Assembly: GCA_012295275.1 (NCBI GenBank)
Contig: CM022678.1
Location: 8,122,001 to 8,186,000 of the forward strand
Reading direction: 5' to 3'
DNA length: 64,000 nucleotides
Origin: Chrysomallon squamiferum
Taxonomy: Eukaryota > Animalia > Mollusca
Shown in pieces: positions 1 to 26,983 of this stretch. Numbering within the stretch: the first letter of the stretch is position 1; the number at the start of each line of letters is the position of its first letter. The notes beneath the pieces are model-generated. The model searched no databases and had not been told where the DNA came from. It saw only the letters and a list, made by a program, of their open reading frames with translations. Position numbers and translations under genes: made by a program.

Positions 1-2
1 GA

Positions 3-1814
3 AAGTCATCGCATTCGTCTCAGGAGACACAGTTTAAAGTGGAGCGATGCCAGTCTAAGTCAGACACAAACACACGCAGAAAGTCCGTGTACGAGTCTTC
101 ACAGACTGCGTCTAAAGCAGAAAGCTCGCAGTCCAGACCAAACACAAACACAAAAAAACCTTCTAGAAACGTATCAAACGGCTCTCAGGAACGAACACCT
201 AAAGAGGAACCGTTGAGACGAACAAACAGACGGACAGACAAGAATGACACGTCAGCTGACAGGCAAAACAGAACGTATTCAGGCTGTTACGAAAATGCGT
301 CTGTACCCGTATTTCAGAACCGGAAGTCGATCTACGACATTCCACAAAGCAAAGACGTGTGCGAGAGCTCGGGAGTAACGAAGAGAAACGACTGGACCCG
401 ACAGAAAGTCGTCAGGAGACAAAACACTAATTCCTCTGCAAAACGAAATGGACAGGAACAAATCCTCGATAAAAGAAAGGGTCAGATTTTTGAAAAAGAA
501 GGAAAAAATTACGACGACACGGAAACAATCTTGCCCAGCCACAGAAGAGAAAATGAAGCACCGAATTATCAAGCTGAGAACAAAAACGCTGGTAAATGTT
601 TACCCCTGAACAACGCTAATGAAACAAGTAGCAGGAAGAAAAATTATCACACGCTGTCACACATACCTCACTCGGGTGAGCCAAAAGGTCCACACAGACT
701 GAATAACAAAACCCTCACCGAATCGAAGACTCTCAAAGCTTTGAACGAGCAGTCGCTGCTGCTGCAGTCGAAGCCGTGCAATCTGAACTCGAGACTTCTG
801 CTTCCTTACGAAAACCGATCGGACGCCGCGGATCTGAGAAAGAGGCAGCCCAACTCGGACAGCAGTCCCGAGAATCTGTCGGCCTACAACGACTCCGACC
901 TCTTGTCCAGCTGCCTGTCTGAATACGACAACCTCGTGCAGAGTGTCGACGTTTCAGGTGACGACCCTTCGCAAGGACTCGCTCGCAATCAGCAAAACAC
1001 GACGAACGGTTTGTGTGCTCAAAGTCGTCACGTTCCGAAAAACGATCATCGCGTTTCAAATCAGCTTGTTTCAGGAGCTGTCCAGAATGATCAATATAAT
1101 CAGTTTCCATTAGCCGATTCACATTTTCAAGACGATCTGCTTTCAAAAACTGATCAGCGTGGTCCTACTTCTCAGCACATTGTAGAAGTGAGACCACAGA
1201 TTGTGAGGCGTAACCATGGAAACAAGAGCTCAAACGAGTCCGGGGCTGGTGGAAGTGTGAGAAGAAGCTGCAGAGCTCCAACAAAACACGTGGTGGAAAT
1301 ACGACCACAGATTCAATTCACTCGCCAGTCGAAAGTGAAAGTGAAAACTGACGTCACTCCAGAAACCGACAGAAAGAATTTCAAGATGGCTGTTTCTTCT
1401 ACCAATGTTCAGAGACAAATAGCGAAGTTTTCAGTGGGCAAAAGTGATTCTTCTGCAGATGAATCGAGGTCAAAGATAAAAGCAAATGAACAAATGATGA
1501 TACAGAGAAAATCCAAAGATGAAAAGATGATAAAGGGTAAAGCAAATGAGGAAAAGCTGACAAACAGAAAAACGAACGACGAAACGACGAAGCCAAACAG
1601 CAGACTTCCAAGATTTTCTGTGAAGAGTACTCGGCCTGAAGAAGAAAAACGTAAAACGAATATTTCAAACGTAACGGACTACGACAGGAACGGATTTCCC
1701 GCAGGCAGACCAAATAACCAAATAAAGAATTTTCCTCAGAAAAGACTCGTAACGAGTCGTACGTCTCCCAGAGCCACACGAGTTTCTTGTATATCGACAG
1801 AAACCGGTTTGTAG
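3..1814 (+). CDS. 5' part of a giant Ser/Arg/Lys/Asn-rich, probably disordered coding region; open from the window edge, so its start lies upstream
   Basis: The frame of ORF 39..1814 is open back to position 3 (AAG TCA TCG...), so the GTG start call is arbitrary. More than 600 stop-free codons, higher GC than flanking introns, a duplicated HxVExRPQI motif and no recognisable domain. Confidence 0.6.
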   Translation, partial: KSSHSSQETQFKVERCQSKSDTNTRRKSVYESSQTASKAESSQSRPNTNTKKPSRNVSNGSQERTPKEEPLRRTNRRTDKNDTSADRQNRTYSGCYENASVPVFQNRKSIYDIPQSKDVCESSGVTKRNDWTRQKVVRRQNTNSSAKRNGQEQILDKRKGQIFEKEGKNYDDTETILPSHRRENEAPNYQAENKNAGKCLPLNNANETSSRKKNYHTLSHIPHSGEPKGPHRLNNKTLTESKTLKALNEQSLLLQSKPCNLNSRLLLPYENRSDAADLRKRQPNSDSSPENLSAYNDSDLLSSCLSEYDNLVQSVDVSGDDPSQGLARNQQNTTNGLCAQSRHVPKNDHRVSNQLVSGAVQNDQYNQFPLADSHFQDDLLSKTDQRGPTSQHIVEVRPQIVRRNHGNKSSNESGAGGSVRRSCRAPTKHVVEIRPQIQFTRQSKVKVKTDVTPETDRKNFKMAVSSTNVQRQIAKFSVGKSDSSADESRSKIKANEQMMIQRKSKDEKMIKGKANEEKLTNRKTNDETTKPNSRLPRFSVKSTRPEEEKRKTNISNVTDYDRNGFPAGRPNNQIKNFPQKRLVTSRTSPRATRVSCISTETGL

Positions 1815-4800
1815 CGAAAGACAAGACATTTGTAAACTCTTACAGTCGTCCCGAGCACGTGAGTACAGTATCCAGTGGATGTACTAGTGTATCAGGAAGA
1901 CCAATCCCGTCAAAACCGACTCCTGCAACAGATTCAGAAAAACAGGTTTCGTCAGTCAGTCAGGTTTTGAAGAAGGAAACGACATCTCATTCTGCATCCA
2001 GTCTTTCAGGAGAAGAAGGGAATTTTTACATCCCGTGTTTAAATCATGAAAATAAAAGTACTCAAGGTTCAGCAAGAGTTGCCAAAGACAATAAGGAAGG
2101 TTTTGCTGTAAGATCAAAACCATTTAGAAAAGCAGAAAATGAAGAGGGTGTTTGTAATTCTGTACCAAAATGTACTGATACGTTGAACAGTTTGGATGAC
2201 GGTGATGCTGAAGGAAAGAAACCTGTTAACAACGTAAACTCTCCTTTTGTAAGATCGAGAAGCTCTGGGTTCGTGGTCAGAAGGAACTCCAGTTTTTTTA
2301 GTGACCAGCCGAGCCCAACAAGACCAATCAGTTCTGGACAAGCGTCAGGTTCCCAGACCATGATTCCTTGGCATTCCGCAAACACGGTAGAGAGAAACTA
2401 CAACATTCCAACATCACAACAACAAGACAATCTTCTCAGTTTTCATCTGAACGCAGACAACAATCACAATTCATTAAACCAGAACTGTTACCAGGATTCC
2501 ATCAGCTGCAGTCCATTAAACAGTCCATTGAGCAGTCCATACGACATCCCCCAGCGACCCAGAAGTCCGGTGCCAAAATTAAATCATTTCGATCTGTTCG
2601 ATGCTGCCATTCCTGACGGACCTGGAAGTTCGAAGAACGATTTTCTCACATTTTCTAGCATTCCCCCACGACCACACTGTCCGTCTGTCTACGACGGCTT
2701 CGAGTCTGCCTTCCCGACAGATTCATCTTCATCCGAGAGCGTGGAATCGTTTCTCTGGTTCGGGAACGGAGTCTCACCTTTCAGACTCTCAGCAGATCTG
2801 AATTTTGAAGAAGAATCACCATCATCTTCCTCTGACACCGCGCAAAGAATTCTGGGTCATGATCTGACTAATCACGGTAAAGAAGAAGTCAGTCCTCATT
2901 ATGATGACAGGAAGACAAATTCAAGAATTCCTTCCTGTGTTACAACTGACAGTCAGGAAGCAAAGAGTCGTCATTCGCATGAAAACGGCAACAAAATTTC
3001 AAGAAAGTTTAACTTCAGTGCAGATCATAACGAGCAGTCAAACAGTTCACGTTATTACGAAAACAAGATAGACTCAGAAATTCCTTCATTCAGTACGAAT
3101 CATTGTAAGGATGCAAATAGTCCACAGTATTATGAAAACAGCAAGAAAATGTCAAGAATTCCTTCGTTTAATTCAACAAGTCGTTCAAAAGGATCGAACA
3201 GTCCATGTTATTTGAACGAAAACAAAACTGTTTCTGATTGTAAGACTCCTTCGTTTGAAACAACCAGGCATCACAAAGAGTCGAGTACAACACCTGGTTT
3301 TGACGAGTATCCGTCTTCAGGTAGTAGAAAGTTCAGACGTGAATCGTCCGATTCTCCAGTTCACCAGACAGAAGCAAGCAGACGTCCTTATCTTGACAGT
3401 AAGTCTCTTTCAAGCGTAACTCCTCCTTTTGACCCGTCAAGCCATCCTAGAGAACCGTGTACCTATTTTGAAGACTGTGATTCTTTGGATAGCATCAGGT
3501 TCAGACTTGGATTATCTGGCGAAACAAACCAAAACAAGCGATCCAGCAGCTCCTCCTGTTGCGGAGAGTTTGATTCACTGGACAGCAGAAGTAAAAAAAA
3601 TCCTGCAGCGAGTCTGGCTGCTACTGAACTGCCAATCAGTGGTCCTTACTCCGAGCCTTGGGATGCCACAAAGCTTAACCACACCTCGAGGTTTGTCATG
3701 GAAACAAATACTGACTCCTTAGGTCACAAATCCTCCTTAGACGCCACGAGTCTGGGATTCCCTTCGTTTGATTCAACAAGATATGACAAAGAAATCGGTA
3801 ATTCATCTTATTTCGGGGATCACGGCGCCTTAGATTCAGGGACATCTTCATTTCAGTTAAAAAGTGAAAAACGTTCAAGGAATCCCGTGTATTTAAAAAA
3901 CAGTGAAGCAGTTTTGTTTGAGGACTCTTTAGACTCGAGAACAAACAAAAACAGCTCACTGGATTTAGACAGAAACCGCAGCAAACAGACGACAGGCATT
4001 CCCTCGTACTTCGAAACCAGCAAACCCCTGGACAGCACAAACACTGTAAACCCTTTCTCCGGCCTGACCCACCCCGACAAAACAACAACCGATCCTCTTC
4101 TCTCCTTTGAAAACTGCGGCCCTTCAGACACCGCGAAATCGAACTTTGGAGGTTCTGAGACTTTGGATCTCGCAGGTCTGGACTTGGACGGTTCTGAATT
4201 TCCAGACGCCACAGAAAAGGTTCGTCATTCGTCCGGTTTAGAATATCAACACGACGACGGCGACAAACTGAGTTATTTTTTGTTTGGCCTAACAAGTGAA
4301 AATAAGGAGGCGGACACTCCTCCCTATTTCGAGGACAGAGAGACGATTTCGAGTGTGCACAGTGCTTTAGGATCAGTTAGCTCCAGTGATCCGGATAGGT
4401 GCTCCACCAATCCTGAGTTTCACATCACTAATCCAGGGTTTCTCTCCGCTGATCCAGTCTCCTGTTCCCCTAGCTCGTGGTCGGAGTTTACAGATCCCGG
4501 CTCTCAGTCTACTAATCCAGGGTTACAATTCACTAATCCGGGATTTCAGTCCACTGATCCAGGCTCTAATTCTGCTAATCCGGTCTCTCACCCCAGTGTT
4601 CCGTGTTCAGTCGTCCACGTCAGTATTCAGGTTACTAACCAGTTTTCTCAAAGTCCGTCATGCTTTTCCATCAACAGGTGTTTTGGGGAAAGACTTCTGA
4701 AGTCCAAGGTGCATCCTGAAACTTCTGAAGTTTTCAGAACGAAGAAGTCAGATACCGACAAACATGAAAACGGATTTTTTTCTACTAGTGTAGACAACAG

Positions 4801-4864
4801 AAAACAGGAACATACTAAACCAAAGTGTACCGAAGAATTCTTTTTAGTGGTAAAAACGTCTTAG
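1787..4864 (+). CDS. 3' part of the giant Ser-rich coding region, in the -1 frame relative to the upstream ORF; carries SxIP, YFE..LDS and TNPG/TDPG repeats
   Basis: 1025 stop-free codons; the frame is open from 1718 and overlaps the first ORF. Same composition as the first ORF, and the sequence turns abruptly AT-rich after about 4870. The TTG start call is not a credible initiator. Confidence 0.65.
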   Translation: MYIDRNRFVAKDKTFVNSYSRPEHVSTVSSGCTSVSGRPIPSKPTPATDSEKQVSSVSQVLKKETTSHSASSLSGEEGNFYIPCLNHENKSTQGSARVAKDNKEGFAVRSKPFRKAENEEGVCNSVPKCTDTLNSLDDGDAEGKKPVNNVNSPFVRSRSSGFVVRRNSSFFSDQPSPTRPISSGQASGSQTMIPWHSANTVERNYNIPTSQQQDNLLSFHLNADNNHNSLNQNCYQDSISCSPLNSPLSSPYDIPQRPRSPVPKLNHFDLFDAAIPDGPGSSKNDFLTFSSIPPRPHCPSVYDGFESAFPTDSSSSESVESFLWFGNGVSPFRLSADLNFEEESPSSSSDTAQRILGHDLTNHGKEEVSPHYDDRKTNSRIPSCVTTDSQEAKSRHSHENGNKISRKFNFSADHNEQSNSSRYYENKIDSEIPSFSTNHCKDANSPQYYENSKKMSRIPSFNSTSRSKGSNSPCYLNENKTVSDCKTPSFETTRHHKESSTTPGFDEYPSSGSRKFRRESSDSPVHQTEASRRPYLDSKSLSSVTPPFDPSSHPREPCTYFEDCDSLDSIRFRLGLSGETNQNKRSSSSSCCGEFDSLDSRSKKNPAASLAATELPISGPYSEPWDATKLNHTSRFVMETNTDSLGHKSSLDATSLGFPSFDSTRYDKEIGNSSYFGDHGALDSGTSSFQLKSEKRSRNPVYLKNSEAVLFEDSLDSRTNKNSSLDLDRNRSKQTTGIPSYFETSKPLDSTNTVNPFSGLTHPDKTTTDPLLSFENCGPSDTAKSNFGGSETLDLAGLDLDGSEFPDATEKVRHSSGLEYQHDDGDKLSYFLFGLTSENKEADTPPYFEDRETISSVHSALGSVSSSDPDRCSTNPEFHITNPGFLSADPVSCSPSSWSEFTDPGSQSTNPGLQFTNPGFQSTDPGSNSANPVSHPSVPCSVVHVSIQVTNQFSQSPSCFSINRCFGERLLKSKVHPETSEVFRTKKSDTDKHENGFFSTSVDNRKQEHTKPKCTEEFFLVVKTS

Positions 4865-5214
4865 TTTGATTGTTAAAGAATAACACAGGAATGAATATTA
4901 ATTTTTGGTTTGAAAGCATGGGCGTTATCTGGAACCTTTTTTTTTTTGAATTATTTGTTTGTTGTTTGTTTACTCATTTGCTTATTGATTAATTAATTAA
5001 TTAATTAATTAATTTTTTATTTATATGGTGTTTTGTTTTTTAAATTATTTGTTAGCTTTTTTTGTTTATTATTATTTGTTATTTGTTATAAAATAACAAT
5101 AGAATATTTTCATTTCTAATATCTTTTTTAGTTCTTTTTGTTTTTTGGGGTGTTTTTTGTTTAAATATCAGAACTTGTTAATTTTTCTGTTTTATTTGTA
5201 CAAGTTTTTAATAT

Positions 5215-5252
<38 letters not shown>

Positions 5253-5474
5253 AGAAGAGAGAGAGAGAAATAAACAAATAGGGAAATAAAGAGAACACTG
5301 AAGAGAAAAATGTAGCAAATGAAAGAGAGAAAAAGAAAGAGAAAACAAAACAGAGAAATAAAACAGAAGAAAAAATAAGATACAGATAACAAGATTATAA
5401 GAAAAGAAAGAAAGAAATTAAAAGATACAGAGGGTGAATGAAAGAGATAAAACTGAAGTAAAGAATAAAGAAAA

Positions 5475-5522
<48 letters not shown>

Positions 5523-8156
5523 TGAAAAAGAAAAATAATAATAAAAAATGTTCAAGCTGCACGTCTCATTTCACTCGCTGATCATTTTCTTGCTGTTAAC
5601 TCGCACAAAACATTCCCAGAATTCTCAGCCGCGTCTGTTGATGTATTTGTCTGTTTTCTGTAGCAACCGTGAAACAACATACTAGATTCTACTTCTTATT
5701 TCTTTTTTTTTTCTTTTTTTTTATCAAAATTCTTTTCTTAACGTTTTCCCCAAGGCATACCTTTCCACGCGTGGGTAACAGGTCAGGTCTGTCTCGTAGT
5801 TCAGCTGATGTGTAGCGTGGTTAGTTTTGTTTTTTCTACTGTTATTCTGAAGATAACGTGACTAATGCAATTTCCAGGATTTTCACTGAAACTGTTAAAT
5901 ATTGACTCTGACTCGAATGCGCAATTTTCTGTATACGCATGTATATATATTACACACAGTTAAATATATATCGACACACATAAAATATTCAGAAACGTAT
6001 AGGCAATCAGGCGGTTTACATGTATACATATATACATATATATATAAATGTATATCTATTTAGCAGTGTATTTATTTGTCTTTGTATCTGTCTATCTGGG
6101 TGCCCGTCTATTTGTCTGTCTATTTATCTGTCAGTCTAGCTATCTGTATGTCTGTCTTTCTGTGTGTCTATGTATCATTATCATATCGATCAGGCTATTT
6201 GTCTTACTATCTATCTGTCATGTTACGCAAATACATTAGGTCATTGTTTTCATATCTTTTTAATTTATATTTTAAATCATTTATCAAAAATATCCTTTTA
6301 TTTATATATTTATTGTCCTTATTATTATCAGTTGTACTTTTTCCTCTTTAATAGCTCACCTGTTTTTTTTCCTCTTTAATAGCTCACCTGTTTTTGATTT
6401 ATTTACGTTTCTCTTTGTATTCGCCAGCTACCGTTTTGATTACAACACCTTAATTAGCGTACTGTTTGTTACCTGTTACACAACAATTTATTCTGAATTA
6501 TTCGCCTTAATTAGAGGCAAGTTCCGACAGAGAAATGTTTTTTTTTTTTTTTTTTTTTATCTCGAGGAAACTGCTCTTTGATTATTTAACAACCAACCAG
6601 AAGAGACATTCCGCGTTTTCAGTTTTTAACAAAATTAGTTGTCTTTTGTCGTTCTGTTGTGTGAATGTGACGCTTGGAGAGGGAAAGGGAGATGTGTCAT
6701 AACTTCAGTATCTCACACGTACACGTAGATATTTCGTGTACACAAACGAGAATTTTTCCTTTTTGTGTTTATATATATACGTTACTAGCAAGACAGATGT
6801 GAAAATATGTCTATGTTGATAACAGGAAAGGAATAACAACTATTCCGTGTTTTAAAAAAAAAAAAAAAAAAGAAGAAGAAAGGAAAATATGCTTTGATTT
6901 ATTCGACTTGTTGATAAATGGAAATATTCAGGACGTTTTAGATGTGGTATTTTGCAGAAATATATTTTTTTTGCTGGACGTTTTAGATGCAGAATGTTTT
7001 ATTAAAAATACACTAGTAATTGTTATTGCGTGAAGCGGCCGAAAAGTGTTTGTATTTATAATAATTTTACGTTTTTGATGAAAAATGTTTTACTAAATAT
7101 AATAATTATTCCGGAATTTTTAGATGAAAGTTTTACTAAAATATACAAATTTGACTGCTTATTATTTTGTATTTAAATGTAATAATTGCATTTAAGTATT
7201 TTACCGAAAAATAATTCATCAGTAATAATGATTGTTTTACCGTAAATTTTATTTGATAATGTCTTTACAAATGATTATTATTAACGAGCGGTAACATATA
7301 TATATATATAAAAATAAAATATATCTATATAATTATACTACAAATACTTGTTTAAATAATGATTTAACACTTCTAAATAAATACTCAGGAAATTACCACT
7401 GAATATTTTACGAGTAATTAAAGTTATGACGTATGAAAGTTATTAACGTCCTGATAATCAATATACACATATTAAAAAAAAAAAAAAAAAAAAATTGATG
7501 AAAGCAAAATGAAACAACCAGGAAAAATTTCTCAGCGGTTGACAAACAGACAGTCAGCTTACAGCAAAATGGTAAAAATTAGATTTTAATTTTTGTTTAA
7601 ATTTGTTTTTGTGTTTCTTACTTACACACATAGATAACTGTGCTATTAGTAATTTTGTTATTGTTTGTTATTGTTTTTATTTATTGTTATTTATTTCATC
7701 ATTATCATCATCATTATTAATGTCATTGTTATCATAATAACCATTACTGTCATTGCTATTATTATTGATGCAACTGTTATCATCAGTATCATTATTGTTG
7801 TTAATGTAAGTTTCATCATCATCATCATCACCATCATCATTTTTGCCATTGCTGATATTATTATTACATCATCATCATTATTTTTATTGCTCTAATACCA
7901 ATCTCCTCATTATCCCCTTCTCCTTATCCCCCTCCTCCTTATCACCCTTCTCCTTATCACCCTCCTCCTTATCACCCTTCTCCTTATCACCCTTCTCCTC
8001 CTCCTCCTTCTCCTTAGCAACATCATTTGTAAACAAAATTCACATAATACTTACTAAATCCGCTGTATTCATTCATCTTTTCAAACACTCATGGCAGCAC
8101 GTACCGGTGAGTTATTTTTTTTTAAAAACCTAATTTTTAACTTTATTTTTACCCAG

Positions 8157-22792
<14,636 letters not shown>

Positions 22793-23446
22793 CTGAGTGG
22801 TTACTACTTTGTTTTACTGAAACAAACATAGTACTACACTGTTTTACTAAAACAAACTCAGTACTACATTGTTTTACTAAAGCAAACTTAGAAATACATT
22901 GTCGTACTACATTGTTTTACTAAAACGAACATAGTAAATGTTTTATTTATTTGTCATTTTGAAAAAGAACATTGTTTTCTTTTTTTCTTCTGTTTTTTTT
23001 TTTGTTTCGATTACGTCATTGTTGAAAGAAAAAAAAAAAACAGAGATTAAAAAATTGCTCAACTAGTTTTTTTTTATATATATCTGTATATATATATATA
23101 AAACTGTGATAAATGGATTTGACAAGGTAATGAACAAAAAAATAAATAATTTAAAAACAAAAGTTTTAAAAATTAAAACTTTTTAAAAAAGAAAAAGAAA
23201 AAAGGACAGAACAGTATATATTTTTATTATTTTGCTATCAAAACTTTTTTTTAAATTTATTTTAATTTTAATTTTTAACATTTTTTTTTTGTGCAATTCT
23301 TTGTATCTTTCCGAGATATTTTAAAATCTTTTATCCTCTCTTGAATCATGGTATTAGAAAGTTTATATTTTATACTTTTTTATTTTGAAATATTTGTTAG
23401 AGTTATTGGTTTTTTTCATTTTAACTTTGCTCAACTTTCTATATTC

Positions 23447-23501
<55 letters not shown>

Positions 23502-24504
23502 CTAGAGCCATTTCAGTATTGTGAGTTACCAAACAGTATTAATATATGTATGTGTGGGGCACATGTATGTATGTATATATGTGTGTGTGTGTGCACACAA
23601 AAAATACACACATGCACACACAAACAGACACACAGACAAAGAAAATGTATTTCATATCAAGCTCAAAAACATCATAACTAGTTTAATGATTAAAAACTGA
23701 CTCATTGACATGTGACTATTATGTTTTGTGTGAGTGAGGACATAACTGAATGTCATGTGTAGAAAAGTTCAGACTTTTGTTTGTTTGTTTGTTGGTTGGT
23801 TGGTTAAATATGTACCATGATATATTTATTTTAATTTTTTTTTTTTTTAAATCAATTTCTGGTCTTGCTCACATTTTAATCACATCGATGTTTATTTATT
23901 TATTTATTTATTTCTATTTTTGTATTTATATATTGATACCTCTCACGTTCTTTTGTACATTCTTAACAGTATGTCTGTTTGCCCATGTTTAATGTATCTT
24001 TTATAAAATATTTTTATTTGTACCAGAAGATTTATAACTAAACACACATGTACACACACATGCTTCAGTACACAAAATATGCATACACACATAATCTTTA
24101 AGACACACAAATATTACACACATACTGACACATACCATATTCACAGACACATATAATTATATGCTATATATATATATACACACACACACACACAGACATA
24201 CACATATACACACAGACATTCATAAACATAATTATTATATCAACATGGATATATGTTAATTAGTAAATATATAAATATGTACAAAGTGTGGGCTGTTTGA
24301 AGATTGTAACATATATGCAGTATTTATTTGTTCACTTATTTAGCTTTTGACACATACTATATTTTTGTAGCAGTTGTATTTTTATTTTTTTTAAAGTATT
24401 TTTTAAAAAGAAAAAATAATCTATATCAGTATTCCGTCCATTACAAAATTTCATGGGTTTGAAAAACTGTTTTCAACAATGCAATAGTTAAAAATATAAC
24501 TGAC

Positions 24505-24543
<39 letters not shown>

Positions 24544-25015
24544 TTTTATTACTATTATTATTATTATTACTAGTATTAATATTACTATTGTTACTATTTA
24601 TTATTTTATTATTTATGTACTTATTTATTTTATTTTATTTATTATTTATTTACTTATTTGTTAATTTACTTACTATTTTATTTGTTTTTTTTTTACTTAT
24701 TATTTATTTATTTTATTTATTTATTTATTTATTTTTTAATACATGTATTATTATTATACAAAAAAATATTTTTAGTTTTTGAAGTAATTCTTAATACTGT
24801 GATTTCTTCATGCTCAAAAAAAAAAACATTAAAAGATACAGACAGAATGACACAGATGCTGTTAATTGTTACCTGTGTATTTTGTAAACAGCACCAACCT
24901 GTTTAATCTGGAGCAGTATTAGATTAATCTGTGATGTTTAATGACAGAACAAACTCCTGTTAAAGTCATTTACAATCAGTGAAATTAGCATTTATTGTAT
25001 TCAGTGTTTGTGTGG

Positions 25016-25021
25016 AATAAA
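25016..25021 (+). terminator. Candidate polyadenylation signal of the DYRK4-like gene
   Basis: AATAAA at the end of a block of complex sequence about 2.2 kb after the stop codon. Other AATAAA sites exist, so this is tentative. Confidence 0.35.
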
Positions 25022-25035
25022 AGTACGCTGTAAAG

Positions 25036-25070
<35 letters not shown>

Positions 25071-25114
25071 TTTATATATAATTTCTAATTATTATTTTTA
25101 AAAATCTCCACAAT

Positions 25115-25147
<33 letters not shown>

Positions 25148-25474
25148 CTTGCACCACGAAGTATTCAGTGTTTTGTCACGTGAGGGAGAATTGATTAAAA
25201 AAATTAAATAAATCCTTCATAAAATATTGTAGTTTGTTTTTTTTGTTGTGTGTTTTGCCTCCACATGTCTCCCCCCACTCCTTCTGTCTGTTACACATAT
25301 GAGTATGAAATCAGCTGGATAACTATATGAAATGATTCATTCCCATCTGTATTTATTACCATGAACATTCATTTGCAGTTTAAAATTCAGACAAAATCTT
25401 GCAGACTTCTTTAAATTCTTCAGATTGCTTAAACCTGAATTCTCCTAAGACATAACTACAGTATAAACTAGTGA

Positions 25475-26300
25475 AAAAAGATAATTAAAATCTAACCCTA
25501 AGAAAAATCCTAACACTAACCCTAACAGCTCGGTCGTAATGCTACTCTTGTTTCTAATCCTAAACCTACACATAACTCTACATCTAACAATATGATAATT
25601 TAAAAACATTTTTTTAAGCATCCTAACAATCATCATAAACATCCCCAAGTTCATTTTCAAAATAATAGTTATTTCAAATTTTTATACTAACACTCATCAT
25701 TAACGTATCCAAATTAATTTTTTCAAATAAAAAAAATTTCTGATTTTTTTATCCAAACACTCATCATAAGATTTTTCAGCTTTTATATGATTTTATTGAG
25801 GTAAATAAATACTTAAATCTAACCCTAATGGTAATCCACACCCAAAACCTATCCCTAACGATAATCCCAACCCTAGCCATTACAGTACTTACACAAATTT
25901 TATAAATTAACATCTTAAAATCGGGGTTTTATTTTTGGTATTATTCTAACACTGATCACAAACTTTCCCCAAGTTGATTTTTTTCAAATAAATGTTTTTT
26001 TTCAATTAAATGTTGTTTTTTTCTTCAATTTTATCGTAACACTCATTATGAGATTTTTTCAAGTTTTATGTGAAAACTCTGTTGATATAAATAGATAATT
26101 AAGTCTTAACGTAAACCCTAACAATAATGTTAACCTTAATCCTGACTGTTAAACATAATTAAAATAATACCACTGACCTAACCCTAGACATAAACTCAGT
26201 TGTAACAATGTGATAAATTAATGCTTTATTAAAGTAAAACATATTTTAAAAATTAACCCAACAACCATAAAAACCTTAAATTTTATATTGACTGTTAACT
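25475..26300. repeat. Degenerate repeat of about 300 bp (roughly 3 units) with CTAACCCTAA telomere-like motifs
   Basis: An AAATCTAACCCTAA-like block recurs near 25485, 25812 and 26100, and TAACACTCATCAT blocks also recur. Confidence 0.55.
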
Positions 26301-26905
26301 TTCCCAAGTTAATTTTTTTAAATACACACATACATTCATAAAACACACATATATACTCTCACATACATGTATACACACACACTCCACACACTCACACACA
26401 CACACACACACACAGCCTAAGTCATAATTATATGCACACTTCCCACATATACACAAATAAAAAAAAAAACATTTACAAATAAACACATTTATTTATTTTC
26501 AGAACAAAACATGAAACAGGTTCATTAGTTAAAGTGTAAAATACTTTTCACGTGTGATGTGTTCAGTGATACAGGTGAGAACAAATTAATTTGTACAGGT
26601 AAGTGCAAAGCTAAATTAAAAAACGTTACTCACACCAAAATAATATTTAATACATTAATTTCTAAATACGTAACCAGTACACAAGAAAAAAACTAATTAT
26701 CTTTTTCAGTATCAGTTTAAACTAATTATTATAAAATGCTAATGACAAACCACAATTATGAAATGAATTCTTTTGGTCATAGCTTTTTCATTTGCTGTTA
26801 ATATTAAGAAAAAAAAAAGAAAAAAAAGAAGAAAAATGAAAGAATGAAAAAATAGAATTACAATATAGTATACATTTATATTAATGCAAAATAAAAGTAC
26901 CCTTA

Positions 26906-26983
<78 letters not shown>

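Noticed and set aside
1718-1814. Programmed -1 ribosomal frameshift or retroelement gag-pol reading of the two long ORFs
   Set aside because: No canonical slippery heptamer in the overlap and no gag, protease, RT or integrase motifs in either ORF.
279-4700. Antisense and alternate-frame ORFs over the giant exon (also those over 22010-22785)
   Set aside because: Shadows of long GC-richer coding or repeat sequence; no independent motifs or splice support.
25475-26200. Interstitial telomere or chromosome fusion site
   Set aside because: Only scattered CTAACCCTAA motifs inside a longer degenerate repeat; no (TTAGGG)n run or head-to-head junction.
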